Assembly: GCF_001194135.2 (NCBI RefSeq)
Contig: NC_068988.1
Location: forward strand, 89,637,140 to 89,677,973
DNA length: 40,834 nt
Direction: 5' to 3'
Origin: Octopus bimaculoides
Lineage: Eukaryota
Position numbers and translations under genes: made by a program. Of this stretch, positions 11,800 through 24,168 are shown one piece after another. Within the stretch, counting starts at the first letter, position 1; the number at the start of each line of letters is the position of its first letter. The notes beneath the pieces are model-generated. The model was not told where the DNA came from. It did no database searches and saw nothing but the letters and a program-made list of their open reading frames with translations.

Positions 11800-13410
11800 G
11801 GTATATAACAACTATTTAAAACTAAATAGCTCAATTTTATAGTGATATGCATGTTCATGTATTTGTGTCTTTTGTGTGTCTATTTTTGTGTAAGATTCAT
11901 TAAATATTCTTTCAAATTTGTAGTATCAAACATAATATCTGGAGTTGAATTCGCAGTTTGAATGTTTATGTATGTGTATGTATCTGTCTCTACCTCTTCC
12001 GCCCTCTCTCTATGTCTGTCTCTCTCTCCCTCCCTTTCTCTATCTCTGCCTCTCTCCCCCCTTTCTCTATCTCTGCCTCGCTCCCTCCCTTTCTCTATCT
12101 CTGCCTCTCTCCCTCTGTATATACAAACATACATTAGGCTGATAATCATATATTTATACATAAAAATATGTGTGTATGTGCGTGTTTGTCTTTGTTTGTG
12201 TGTGTCTATGTGTGTGTGAGTGTGTATGTGTGTGTATGCATGTGTGTGTAAATATGTGCGCGCATATATGTCTGTAAATATATGTATGTATAATATTTTG
12301 AGATCTACATTTGCAATTCCGTATATAGAGGCCTGGTGTAAATACAACCAGCTGAGATCAAGCAAGCCATTAAATACCGAAAATATCACATTAAGCAAGG
12401 CTTCACATAATTACTTTAAAAAAACAGCAACAATGATGTTATGTATATAGAATAGCTGGAGTTGGACGACACCAGGTCAACATCCTACAGAAAATTTTCC
12501 TTTCGAAATAGACGATTTCAAAAAAGCAAGATTAGAAACATAACCAAAGAACACATATATGCACACTCATTCACACGCACACATACACACACACATACAT
12601 TCATATCTATTTATATAGACATACAATCATATTCGTACATATGAACCGATATTTAGATGCCAGCCGTATTTAGATACGGTACGCTAATGTAGTGGTTTGA
12701 ATTGATAATCTGTAGAATGATTTCGAACTTTGAACCGGTGCCATATTGAATCAGTAGCTAGAATACGTAAACTGAAAACAAAGAGGGAAATGCGTAAAAT
12801 CTGGTGGGTAATGTGTCTTAATATCTGAGGTGAGAGGTCTGACAACTTTGAATGAAAACTGACTGTCGTTCGGACAATTCCTAATTATGTCTGCAGGAGA
12901 TGCTCACGTGAACGTCGATACATCACAGCAATCGATAGTGGATATTAACTGTGTCTCTCTATCACTTTTAATGTATCTAGCTACATTTCTCTATTACTTG
13001 GTGTAATACGTTTCTAAGTACACATAGTAATATATACACACACACATATCAACATATGTATGTTTATACGTACGGATACACATGCATATATAGTACATAT
13101 ATAAATATGTATTCGTGTGGACATATGTATATACACACACACACACATATATATATATATAGATGTGTGTGTGTGGGGAGGTCTGTGTGCTTGTGTGTGT
13201 GTATGCTAGCTCTACACAAATTGTCAAGAAGGCTACTCGAACCAATGTGTTGAGTGTCTATTTTAATACTTATTTCAATTTTTTCATGAAAACTTGTGAA
13301 ATGATATGAACGTTTCAATTAGCACGATTTTACACTTGGGCAAATAATAGATATCTTGTTAATGTATATGCACACACACATATACAAAGGTGATTGTGTA
13401 TGTGTGTATA

Positions 13411-14220
13411 TACGTTGTCTTATCAATAAGTGTCTAGAGTGTTGCCATAGTAACGAAGGTAAAGCGTGCAGAATGAAGCGCACTAAGTTTTAATATTCTA
13501 GCTCACTTCCGCTGTTTACAGAAATAATTGGTAGGAAGATGTGTAGCGTGTGATCGTCGTATTGACCATGACAGAAATTTGAGGAGAGAAACTTCTTGGA
13601 GATACCTGCTTGCAAAGTATGCAAGCACATTTCATAGATCTCAACACAATCAAGATCTTGTGCAACTGAAACCCGAGTGTTTTTTGGTCAGCTAAAAGCA
13701 GCTTTGCACAAACACGGCACACACGCGTATTATACACAAATCGTCAGTGATAATGAACTGAACTGAACCGTAACTAATCCGCACATCCTCTAATAACTCA
13801 CGGATTGCCCCTCACAACAGCCTGCATATCTGCAATGTTTTTCTCAGTTCTGATGGTTGCGCATCTCCCAGGACGGTCGGCAACATCTACATTTTTTCGG
13901 CTATGTTGGAAACATCGGAACCACTCGTACATTCGTGTGTGGCACATACACTCCTTTCCATACACTTTCTAGAATTTTGCGTTGTCCTCTGAGCAGGCAC
14001 CGCCATGACAACGTTGTCTGTCATGGTGGATGCGACGATGTTACGCTACAAACTATCCTTCCAAGCACTGCTGTATTTAGCAGAAGTGAGCTGGAACGTT
14101 AAAACTTAGTGCACATGCACAACAAAGGTCATGGCCAAACTTTGCCAAGCAGCTTTACTATACGTGCCTTAGTTGCGCTAATATGGCAACAGTCCGGATA
14201 CTTATTGATCAGGCCGCGTA
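13411..14220 (-). mobile_element. Internally deleted mariner (Tc1/mariner) element with TIRs
   Basis: Terminal inverted repeats at 13411-13450 and 14181-14220 match at 31/40 and both end in TA. The minus strand translates to KF*KVYGKECMCHTRMYEWFRCFQHSRKNVDVADRPGRCATIRTEKNIADMQAVVRG...ELLEDVRISYGSVQFIITDDLCIIRVCRVCAKLL, which is the mariner bipartite HTH region and a degenerate WVP-type linker. No DDD catalytic domain is present. Confidence 0.9.
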
Positions 14221-14439
14221 TGTATATGTATATATATATATATATATATAAAGAGAGAGAGAGAGAGAAAGAGGGGTAAATCGAGACAGTGAGTGATAGA
14301 TAGACTGATAGATATTTGTGTCACTGATTTTGCTATCTCTATGAAAATGGTTGTTTTTGGCAGCGTCAGTGCGCCAAGGATCTGAGACAATGACCGGGAT
14401 GCAACACGTATCAGAAATGTTCTACCAGTAACAGTCTCA

Positions 14440-14520
14440 TTATTCTTTGGCAGCATTATTTGAGAAGATTATCTCGTGGGCAAAGATGAGCCTCATGTCA
14501 TCAAAATACATTTCCCTTAC
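14440..14520 (-). CDS. Candidate terminal coding exon (VREMYFDDMRLIFAHEIIFSNNAAKE*), product unknown
   Basis: Acceptor T10-CAG at 14533-14521. Only phase 0 stays open for more than a few codons, and it ends in tandem TAA TGA. No homology recognised. Confidence 0.3.
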   Translation of the reverse strand, partial: VREMYFDDMRLIFAHEIIFSNNAAKE

Positions 14521-14677
14521 CTGAAAAAAAAAATTCCAACATTGATAGGAAAACTAATCAAAGTCTTAGAAATTCTCTTTGATGGCAGGCTGAAGGATAG
14601 AGTTGCTGTCTTGAAAACCAGCAGCAACCTTTCAAATAGGCTTACGAAGTATAAATAACGGTTAACCGTTTACTTAC

Positions 14678-14750
14678 ATCCGAGGATATAACAGAATGCC
14701 ATATGCCCAGCGTTTTGTTACAGTTATACCAGTTAAACGATATCATTATA
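14678..14750 (-). CDS. Candidate internal exon (73 nt; IMISFNWYNCNKTLGIWHSVISSD)
   Basis: Acceptor tttctgcatttag and donor GAT|GTAAGT. There is one open frame, and its entry and exit phases fit both neighbouring candidate exons. Confidence 0.28.
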
Positions 14751-15514
14751 CTAAATGCAGAAACCTTGAAGATCAATATTAACAGATGTTTTGAGTAGTT
14801 TGGTTTCAATAGCCATGGTGCTTCAGAAGTAACGCTCTCGACAAGCACACAAACACCTTAGAATTCTGTTCCTGTACGTTTCAGAAGATCTTGTGGTTAC
14901 ACGAAACATAAAATATCTATGACGTACAGAAATACGGTGGACACTATAATTGGAACAGCTGCTATTGAAGTATGCACAGGTAGAATATCAAGTGCGCCTA
15001 GAGAGTTTGAATTGGTAGAGTAATAGTTTTGAGCTATTGGATGTGGTTGATACCGTGGTTTCAAGCATTCAAGTTCGAGTTTCTTTCAGAACTACCAGAT
15101 TGTTAACGCCAAATTAAAAGTGTAACAACACTTTCACTTTGTGAAGTAATATTTGTGCAAGTGTAGAGGAAGTATGAACAAGCAACGTTAAGACTCGCCA
15201 AATAAAACTGTGGATAAGGTTTAATCAATATACAGCAGTGAATCATCTTGTAATTATATCTATAACGGGATGAAATCCATATAAAGAGATTCAACATCCA
15301 GACTCTTCTCATAAATTTCAACGGAACTTCTCACAAAAAGGAGGAGGATGCCACCATCAAGTTCCGTGTATACTGAACGAGTGTCTTCTGAATAGATACA
15401 TACGAACGTTAGTCAACGGCCTCTACCAGAGACTACATATTATGTAATTTTAAAAAGAAACTTGGATGTCCAGGAGGAAATAAATGCCTGACAAAAACAT
15501 TGCTGTTTACTTAC

Positions 15515-15615
15515 GTACCTTCCCATTCTTCCATTTTAAAATCCAGTTTATATAATCGTACCCATTCATTTAATAGGTAACATAATTCGAAAACAGAGTC
15601 GGTCTCCGCGAAGCT
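15515..15615 (-). CDS. Candidate internal exon (101 nt; SFAETDSVFELCYLLNEWVRLYKLDFKMEEWEG)
   Basis: Acceptor tttttgtcctatatcactcag and donor AC|GTAAGT (alternative AG|GTACGT, 4 nt upstream). Only one frame is open, and the segment is CpG-richer than its flanks. No homology recognised. Confidence 0.38.
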
Positions 15616-17906
15616 CTGAGTGATATAGGACAAAAATGTCGAGTTTCATCAAGCGTTGAGTACAAGTGGACACGCTAAATATGTTAGCGATAGATATAGT
15701 TGCAATCTCTGGTGCTTAGAATTATTAGAAATCTTAAAAGTCTCTGTTAATTTTATTAAGAGATTGGATGAAATAAACAGAAAATGCACGAAATCTCTCC
15801 GTAGAACTTTCTTCCACTTTAAATCGATTCTGTAGAGGCTTCCACAAATGCTAGATACGTATCTACAACCCAATAATATACACGTAATAAATACAGATAT
15901 TAATAACTATTAATTAGTTATTAAATAGTATCATAATACTACTAATATATGTGAACATATTTAAATCACGTTTGCCTTAGTTTAACGACAGATGCCAATG
16001 ATTGTAATGTTATATATCTATATTTTATATAATTTCATTCGATAACTTTATTCAATTTGCTACTAGCCTAAGCTGATATCAGTATAATACGTACTTGCTT
16101 CATTACCCTCATTATGGGATCTTTAATTCTTTATTATTCATTTTAATCTCATATATTTTTTAACATTAAGCACCTATGACATTTATAATTCTTTATAATT
16201 TTCACTGTTTCTTGTTTCATTTTTCAAATATTCCCCATTATTTTAAATTATCATAGTAGGTATGTAACTTATCTATCATTGTAATTGATTTAGATTATTC
16301 TCAATAACATTGTGACAATAGGTATTTGAGAATTCATTATTTTTCGTGTTTATTATTTCTACTGGGATATCGGTTCTATTCTGCCTCATTTATTAATTCT
16401 GACCGTTCAACACTTAAGTTCATTGGGAGCTAAATATCTGACCTAAATAAATTTCGATATTTATGTAACATGAAGTCAAAACTTTGTATCTTTATATTGA
16501 CAATGATTATTGCTTGAACTACTTTAATTGGTGTAGTATATGACTTATTTGTTTATGCCAATGCCGTCTTCCATTCGGTATTTTCCCCATTTGCTTTATT
16601 TGATTTATCCTATTGTTTCTGTCACTTTGATTATGGTAATTTCTGTAGGCAAAGCAATTTAATTTTTTGTTGTTCTTTTCTTTCTTCTCTTCTCCTATTC
16701 TCTAACCTTTGAAATTTCGCAGAGATCTTCGCTACTCTACGGTCTTCATTAAGTATTTTTTTTTTACATTATTATTAGCTATATCACCCTTAATTAAAGG
16801 TAATATTCTATTTGTTCTGCAATAATTAATCGGAGCACTTTTACCAAGAGGAATTAAGCAAATGAATAAGTAACTGTGGACTTTATTACCCGTACCACTC
16901 CTTGATGTCTAAACAACACAGTAACAGTTTTGTGTTTTTAGAACAATGTTGTCAGACTATTACATATCTAATAGGGTCAAATGCCATCACGGTAAGCAAG
17001 CATGTTTTTCCAGTACCAGACTTTATGAGGCAGGTTGCTAAGATTTTTAATGTATTTAGAATAAAAATACCTTTAACTACTCTGTAATTTAAAACTACAT
17101 TCTGTTACCACAATCCTGACTGTGGGATTGCAGTCCCGCCCAGTTTATATTCGTTAAACATTACTAATTATGTTTAGAATTTTCGCTTTCTAACGGGCTG
17201 TTAATTAATGAATATGTCGCGGCTCACTTGTTTATTTGGTAAGCCTGATGAGTTGGGAGTTGCCTAACGTATTACATAATCCTATAAAAGTGGTGCATAC
17301 TTACCTGATGGTAATATGTTTACGTCAATGTAAAAACTCTTAATGAAATCAATGTAGCAGCATCAGGTAACCCAATCATCTATATTTGTTTCTTTAACGT
17401 TTCACGCCGTGTTTAAGGTTCTTTTACGCTTTCGATATATTTGCATACAAGTGAAGTTGTGGTTTACCAAATATCGGTGAACTTCCGATCATCGATGCAT
17501 TGACTGCTATGATAACTGTTCAAGTAATTGTCTGATTTGTGTCATTCTATCTAGCCATTAACTGTGGCCTGCTTCAATTTGATATACTCACATCGTTAAT
17601 GGATCCCCTTTAATCAAATTCCCACTTCTCTTTCTCTCTCTTCCCCTCTCTATTTCTCTCTGTACACACACAAAAAACACACATACACACACACACACAG
17701 ATATATATATATATATATACANNNNNNNNNNNNNNNNNNNNNNNNNNNNNNNNNNNNNNNNNNNNNNNNNNNNNNNNNNNNNNNNNNNNNNNNNNNNNNN
17801 NNNNNNNNNNNNNNNNNNNNNNNNATATATATAAAGAGACAGAGAGAGACAAAGAAATAGAAAGATAACAGATAGATAGACAGATAGATAGAGAAATGGA
17901 TAAATG

Positions 17907-17947
<41 letters not shown>

Positions 17948-18828
17948 ATGCTGTTATGTTTTATATTGAGAGGGCAGTCAGTTGCGTTGCTACGTATACT
18001 CTTCTGTAAGTATTTAAAGATTATTCTTCTGCCCTAAAAGTACACTTTTTATGTATAGTAAAATGTTGCCATAATATTATCATCTTTCTTTACTTGTCAT
18101 ATTGAAAACTCTTTTTAAAACAGATGGAGCCAGCTACGTACATCGTTATAAATATTGTACGTGGATGGAGAGACTCTGTGTATATGTGTTCGTCTCTATA
18201 CGTACATAAGAGCTTCATAAAAGCGAGCAACATCATATAAGAGAATAACAAGATGGCAGCCGCATTATCTTGCTGTATTCACTTCTACGTCAGAGCTGCA
18301 TTGTATACCGTTATTGTAGCAAGCTAAGTGGAACTGTCAGGTATTGAACCGTGACCAAATGTCCAGAAGAATACGAGAGATGGTGTCAAGTGCCAAATTT
18401 AGACTATATAAAATCTAATTCAATTTCTGATCTTTAGTTATCTTCATTATCTTGCTTCGGTAATAAATCAATATAGTTCGGAACTACGAGAAATTGAATT
18501 TTAACGAAGTGCATATGGGCTAATTCAAATATACATACACTCATGTACAGTAATCATACACATTCATCAATATATGCAAACGTATAATTGTACGGATGTA
18601 TGTACTTAGCAATATGCGAGTGCGCGTGCGGCTTTTTTTAAACATTTCAACACATTCCATTATAATCCTTGGCTTATGTCACGACTACACACACAATCGA
18701 GCAAATATATAACCACACAAGGGCAGACATGCACTTTGTTAGATATAAAATATAGGCTTATACGCATGTGAGTGCGAGCATACGGGTATATATGAATATA
18801 CACACGCATACATGAGCACACATATATG

Positions 18829-18879
<51 letters not shown>

Positions 18880-18941
18880 GTGTGTATGTATGTATGTACA
18901 TATGTATGTATGTCCATATATAAATATATATATATATATAC

Positions 18942-19255
18942 ATGAAACACCGATGTTTTCAGAGGTGAATTATCCAAAACTCAAAGAATTCCTCTCAACA
19001 CATAGTAATAATGCCCCCTATCCCTCACTACTTCTTCTCGTGCCCAGGGATGCACATATCGTCAGCCACTAAGGTACATGCTCAACATGCTCAACTGGTT
19101 ACGGTCAAACAACTGACAAGCAAATCTGTGGTATTGAGCAGAATATTTGCTGTAGTCCATCATTTATACAATGGCAAAACAACGTACATGATAACACTTT
19201 CATATCAGTTACGAACAGAAGCCATGAGATCCACAACCTAGTGCTGGATCAGGAC

Positions 19256-19258
<3 letters not shown>
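18942..19258 (-). mobile_element. Interspersed repeat family B, partial copy
   Basis: Shares gatgcacatatcgtcagccac...aactgacaagcaaatctgtggtattgagcagaatatttgctgtag...agaagccatgag with 35275-35655 and 40064-40610. Strand is inferred from the (AAT)n tail of the longest copy. Confidence 0.85.

Positions 19259-19259
<1 letters not shown>

Positions 19260-19337
<78 letters not shown>
19260..19337. repeat. (ATT)26 microsatellite, the (TAA)n tail/target of the adjacent Dong/R4 LINE
   Basis: Perfect trinucleotide run directly abutting the LINE 3' UTR. Confidence 0.95.
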
Positions 19338-19815
19338 TCTGTGTAACACAGTGTAGGCATTACGCACCGGATTCTTTAGTCGTTTGTCAAGTCACAACAA
19401 GGATTTCAGACAGATAATATTTTCCTTATGATGTGCGCTGTGCCCAATAAGGCTGCTTTATGCAAGACATCAATCTTGCATGGTATTTCTAGTTGCCTTA
19501 AGAAATCTTGAAGTTTCAATGGGATTGAGCCCAATGCTCCGATCACCACTGGTTTGACTTTTACATTACCTTCTCGCATTCCATACAGTCATACCATTTC
19601 CACTTTCAATTCGGAGGACTTGGTGTTTTTTCAATCTCTTTACTCACAACATTCATGTCATTTGGTATGGCTACATCAATGATCTGGCTGTATTTGTCTT
19701 ACTTATTCAATATGACAATATCCGACCATTGTCCCAGAGTATCGTTACTTTTCCATCCTCGTACATAACTTTACTTGGTACATGCTCATACCACTTCTCT
19801 GTTACTTCATGTTTA
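19338..19815 (-). mobile_element. 5'-truncated Dong/R4-type LINE (restriction-like endonuclease domain plus 3' UTR)
   Basis: The minus strand reads KHEVTEKWYEHVPSKVMYEDGKVTILWD...DIVILNK*DKYSQIIDVAIPNDMNVVSKEIEK...VKPVVIGALGSIPLKLQDFLRQLEIPCKIDVLHKAALLGTAHIIRKILSV* (stop 19408-19406). A ~70-nt UTR and (TAA)n follow. Confidence 0.9.
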
Positions 19816-20489
19816 ATTCACGGACGCTGCTGGGGCTTTGATCCACTCCCCTTCAACTCAGACGCATGTCAATATCTTCCTTCTATACATAAGTATCCCA
19901 CTTCCAATCATAAACAATAATGCACATGTTTGGTAGCACTCGTCGCTGTATTCTAACCTTTCGCGCGTAGATGTCTAGTACATTTAGCTTAGACAATATT
20001 GATTCCTTCAACATCATAAATATATAGTCTCTACAATTAGCAAAGAAATAATTTAGTGGCTCACGCTTATCAGAGGCCAATCAACCTATGTCGCTACAAT
20101 ACTAAGTCTCATAAATACTGAGGGTGTCTTTCAGTCTTTCATATCCACAATATAGCAAACAATCACGTCCCAATCAATAGACGCCATCTTTCAAGCCACA
20201 AATACTTCATTGTGAACAATAATTGACTCTCTGCAGAGATCTACTGAGACACAAGATGGAAAATAGCTCCCAGATCTTGAAAATTCCTTTTGGTGCGCAG
20301 AGAAACTTCTTAGAGCGCATGTAATAGAAAGCAACCCACTAATTAGGAAGGTTCCACGTGCCAACACTTAACGAATGCAGAATTGGAAGCAGAGCCACGA
20401 AATAATAAAATACGATGTTTTTGCGATATTCATTATGAAGCCTTGTGAACTCAGTTCAGATCTCATTGCTTGATTTCCCCTCATTTCAG

Positions 20490-20660
20490 TAGTGATAGAA
20501 TAAAGCACCAGGCCAACCAGGATGGCAAAATAGTCGAGCGTCGAGATGACATGTCTTGTGGTATTTATACTAGCTCGCAGCATCCTGAGTTCAAATCTGG
20601 TCGAGATTAACTTTATCGTTTTACCTACTTTCCGGTGTTAATAAAATTAAAGTACTAGTC
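20490..20660 (+). mobile_element. Strongly diverged SINE, probably family C
   Basis: ctgagttcaaatctggtcgagattaacttt...ataaaattaaagtactagt resembles the B-box region and tail of the 29588-29785 and 34885-35057 copies. Confidence 0.5.
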
Positions 20661-22379
20661 TAGGTCAAGCCAGAATAGTGAGGTAGTAGAGCGTCCAGTC
20701 GAAACGGTTTGAGGAATTTGCTTAGGCTATGTAATCCTTGAATTCTTGAGTGACAGGCTTAATCAGTGACTCAGATAATCTGCACCACGATTTTGTCTTA
20801 TCTTCTGACTAAAAGCAGTAAATGGAAAAATCGCGCTAGCGCTCAGAAACTAGCATATCATTTGTCTATTGTAACTACAATTGCCCTTGATGCTCATAGT
20901 ACGCTAATTTAACACCGTATAAATCAAAGCCAACCCCAAAACACGTCGAAGCACCTTTTCTTAGTCGGTATAATATCTCTTACTATCACCCACAAAATAT
21001 AAAACACAGTAATTAATCTCTAGAACTCTAACCATTTAGAAATAATTACCAACTTGCAATTTAGCATAGGCGTACATATGCGGCATTTCACTGTGAATAT
21101 CATCCTTTTCCCTTCGTCTACTTCCAAAGGATATCCGAGCTGCCTCATATAATAATTTTTTCTGTCTAAAACTATTGGATATGATCCCATATGACGAACA
21201 CGTACTAAAAACCGCGTGTTTGGATTGTATGTTCGCACAGCACTTATTTACTGGCAATAAATTATGGTTCAGATACACCTTGCTTAAGCATCGATGAAAT
21301 AGGGAGCTACCTTTATAATTGTAGTCACTGTTCTTCGTTATTGCACTCATTTATACAAATATAACATGAAGCATTTTGTGAAATCTATGTATTTCGTGAA
21401 AGCCCATTATATATTTATAGTTCTGTTGACAATATAATTAATGAATTTACTTCCAGCAAAGGGAATTCCAGCCCATTGTATTTTGAATTGGCTCACTGGC
21501 CCTCACTATACTTTTAATACGCTCTGGTGAACTGTACCTAACTATGTTACTTCCATACAACTAGTCGATATGTATCGCATTTTCATGTCTATATAACTAC
21601 TTTTTGCAGAGACAAATGGTGGATCATATTTGGTAGTTAACACAGATGCAACAGTAGGCAAGTGATGTCATATGTAACTTTTACTCTAAGATCGATAATT
21701 CTACGTAGCATTATCACTTTATCTATGTTTCCTTGGTTACAATTTTCTTTGAAATTCATAGGAAAATAACAAATATTTTGTACAACATCGTCCATATCAA
21801 AGACATTTTGTTGAGAAACTTTGCTGAAACTAGCCATATCCAGTTTGCCGATAGAGAATGTCAAACGAGTAAGCTTACCTTTGCTCTGTTGGTAATCATA
21901 GAATAATAAAGTAGAAAATAAAAACAGAAAATAAAGGTAAATTATACTGCAATGATCCTTCATCTTTTGTAAATAAAACAAAAGTATAGAAAACAAAAAT
22001 TATTTGTAAACAATCATGATGGAATTTCACAAATAATAAGGAGCCGCTTTTATTGCTTTTCTTATCTTTCCAGATACATCCATCATGTTTAGGGTGGAAA
22101 CGTAAGGACACTAAGGTTATATATGTGTAGTACAGAATTCACAGAACCTTTATATCTGATATCTGCTATCTCGTTATCTTCGTTTCTCACTACTAATTAC
22201 ATTTCTTCATATATCTTCAGTTATCCATCTTTTTGTAGTTTGTATTTTTGCTTTGTTTTCTTCCCCTAAGAATATTCCGGAATGATGGATGGTATGCAAT
22301 AATGCCATCTGATATATAATTTACATCAAATTTGGATGTAAGCATATGTTTTTGATGTTCTTTTATAAATCTCTGATAA

Positions 22380-22638
22380 ATCGCGTTGTGGGGGGGGGGG
22401 ACGGTAATGGCGGTGTTGGTTGTGCAGAAAGTGGTTTTAGCTATAGTTGTACTGGTGGTGGTTGTAGCCATATCCATGGTGGTGCTGGTGTGCTGGTGTT
22501 GCTGATGCTGCTGATTGCGGTGCTGGAGGATGTCGATGCTGCAGACGTGATTTTGATGGTAGCAATGGTGACACTGATCGTTGTATTTATTGTAAACTTT
22601 GTAGTGGTTTCGTCATCGTTTTTGCTGTAGTCCTGGCG

Positions 22639-22695
<57 letters not shown>

Positions 22696-23500
22696 TTGCT
22701 GTGGTGACTGTGGTGGTGGTGGTGGTGGTGGTGGTGGTGGTGGTGGTAGCACTGTTGTCGGTGGTGATTGTTTAGGTCGCCATAATAATATCAGTGGTAG
22801 TGGTAGCGTCGAAGGTGGTAGTGGTCGTTGCTGTAGTTGCAGTTGTTACTAATAGTAGTGTTTGTGACCGTAGTAGCGGTGGTAGTGGCTGCTATAGTTG
22901 CTTATTAGTAATAGTCATAGTGGTAGCGCTACTGTTTGTAGCTGTTATAATTTTAGCTGTTGTGGTGTTGCTGATGGATGTTGTAGTAGTATTGGTGTGG
23001 CAACTTGTAGTCTCGGCAGTGGTGGAATGAGTGGTTGTCACTGCACTGGTCTTTAAATGACATTGGTATTGTTATTGCTGTTGTTTTAGTAGTGGTGGTG
23101 GTGGTGGTGGTATCAGTGGTTGTTTTTTGCTGTAGTAGTGTCAATGGTTACTGTTGAAGCAGTGGTTGAGCCGTTGAATATTTTATAGACACTGTGGTTG
23201 CGATGGTGGTGATGGTGGTGATGGTGGTATTGGTACTGGAGTTCGTTGTACATATTTATTTTTGTAGGAGGGGTAGTGCCAGTGTTGGTGATAGCAGATG
23301 TAGTAGAATCGGGGGGTTTGTGTTTTGTTGCAATTGTGATCGGATTAGTTTCAGTCACTGTAGTATTTCTGGAGATAGGGGGTGGCGGTGGCGGTGGGAT
23401 GTTAGCCGTGGTGGTAATGGTGCTGTTGATGTTGGTGATGATGGTGCTAGTGTTGTTGGTGGTGGTGCTGGTGTTGGTGGTTGCTTTAGCTGAGATAATA
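22380..23500. repeat. Compound GTN/GGT/TAG trinucleotide low-complexity tract, including (TAG)n at about 22640-22694 and (GGT)n at about 22710-22747
   Basis: Directly visible. It gives poly-V, poly-T, poly-P and poly-Y pseudo-ORFs in several frames. Confidence 0.95.
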
Positions 23501-24065
23501 GTTGTTTATTTCCCATGTGTCATGCCGATCTCTGTTTTGTTATCGTTGTTTACATCTTCAGCGACCTTAATTGAATAAATGCAAGACGAATATTACATCT
23601 TCTCTCTGAGCTAAGACTGCCACGTAGCCTCAGGAGCGAGCAAACTACAAAAACACTGTTATTCCATTGTCACAGACATTCATTTTAAACCAATGAATGC
23701 AACAAAATATTTCCCAAACATTAATGCCTCCAAGAGGTCCAGAAGACAACAGTCCATCATACTTTATATGGGAGTAGGATTATACGCAAAAAAATACCAG
23801 TATTTAAATGTTTGGGTCGATTACATTCGTAACGAAGGGGAAAAAGGCAAAGTGGAGAGAAGCTATTGGCAGGGCATGTGGAAAATTAAAGTATATTTCA
23901 CTCATATACACATGTAAGTTCTTGAAGACAGTCACATACGCAGACACACATGAACACGCACATACATATATAGATACATATATACTTATATATAGTATAT
24001 TATACTTATATATATAATATTATACATATAATGTTGTCTTTATGCGTAAGTATTATATGTATCGT

Positions 24066-24067
<2 letters not shown>

Positions 24068-24158
<91 letters not shown>

Positions 24159-24168
24159 GTGTGTGTGT
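24068..24168. repeat. (GT)n microsatellite, about 50 units
   Basis: Directly visible, with one interruption (gc). Confidence 0.97.

Noticed and set aside
16994-17020. Minus-strand SGTGKTCLL, resembling a P-loop
   Set aside because: The first Gly of GxxxxGKT is missing in frame, the frame closes 22 codons after the motif starts, and the splice sites needed to link it to the candidate exon chain are weak.
17297-17307. ATACTTACCTG, identical to the U1 snRNA 5' end
   Set aside because: The downstream sequence shows no U1 stem-loops or Sm site. It is simply the reverse complement of a consensus 5' splice site.
18250-18265. caagatggcagccgc, resembling a YY1 or start-site motif
   Set aside because: A single imperfect short motif with no CpG-rich promoter context or downstream ORF.
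20150-20370. Faint resemblance to RT motifs (IDAIF...DLENSF)
   Set aside because: Spacing and intervening residues do not fit, so it cannot be supported without a profile search.
21020-21996. 72-119 aa minus-strand ORFs
   Set aside because: No motif recognised and the composition mirrors AT-rich non-coding DNA.
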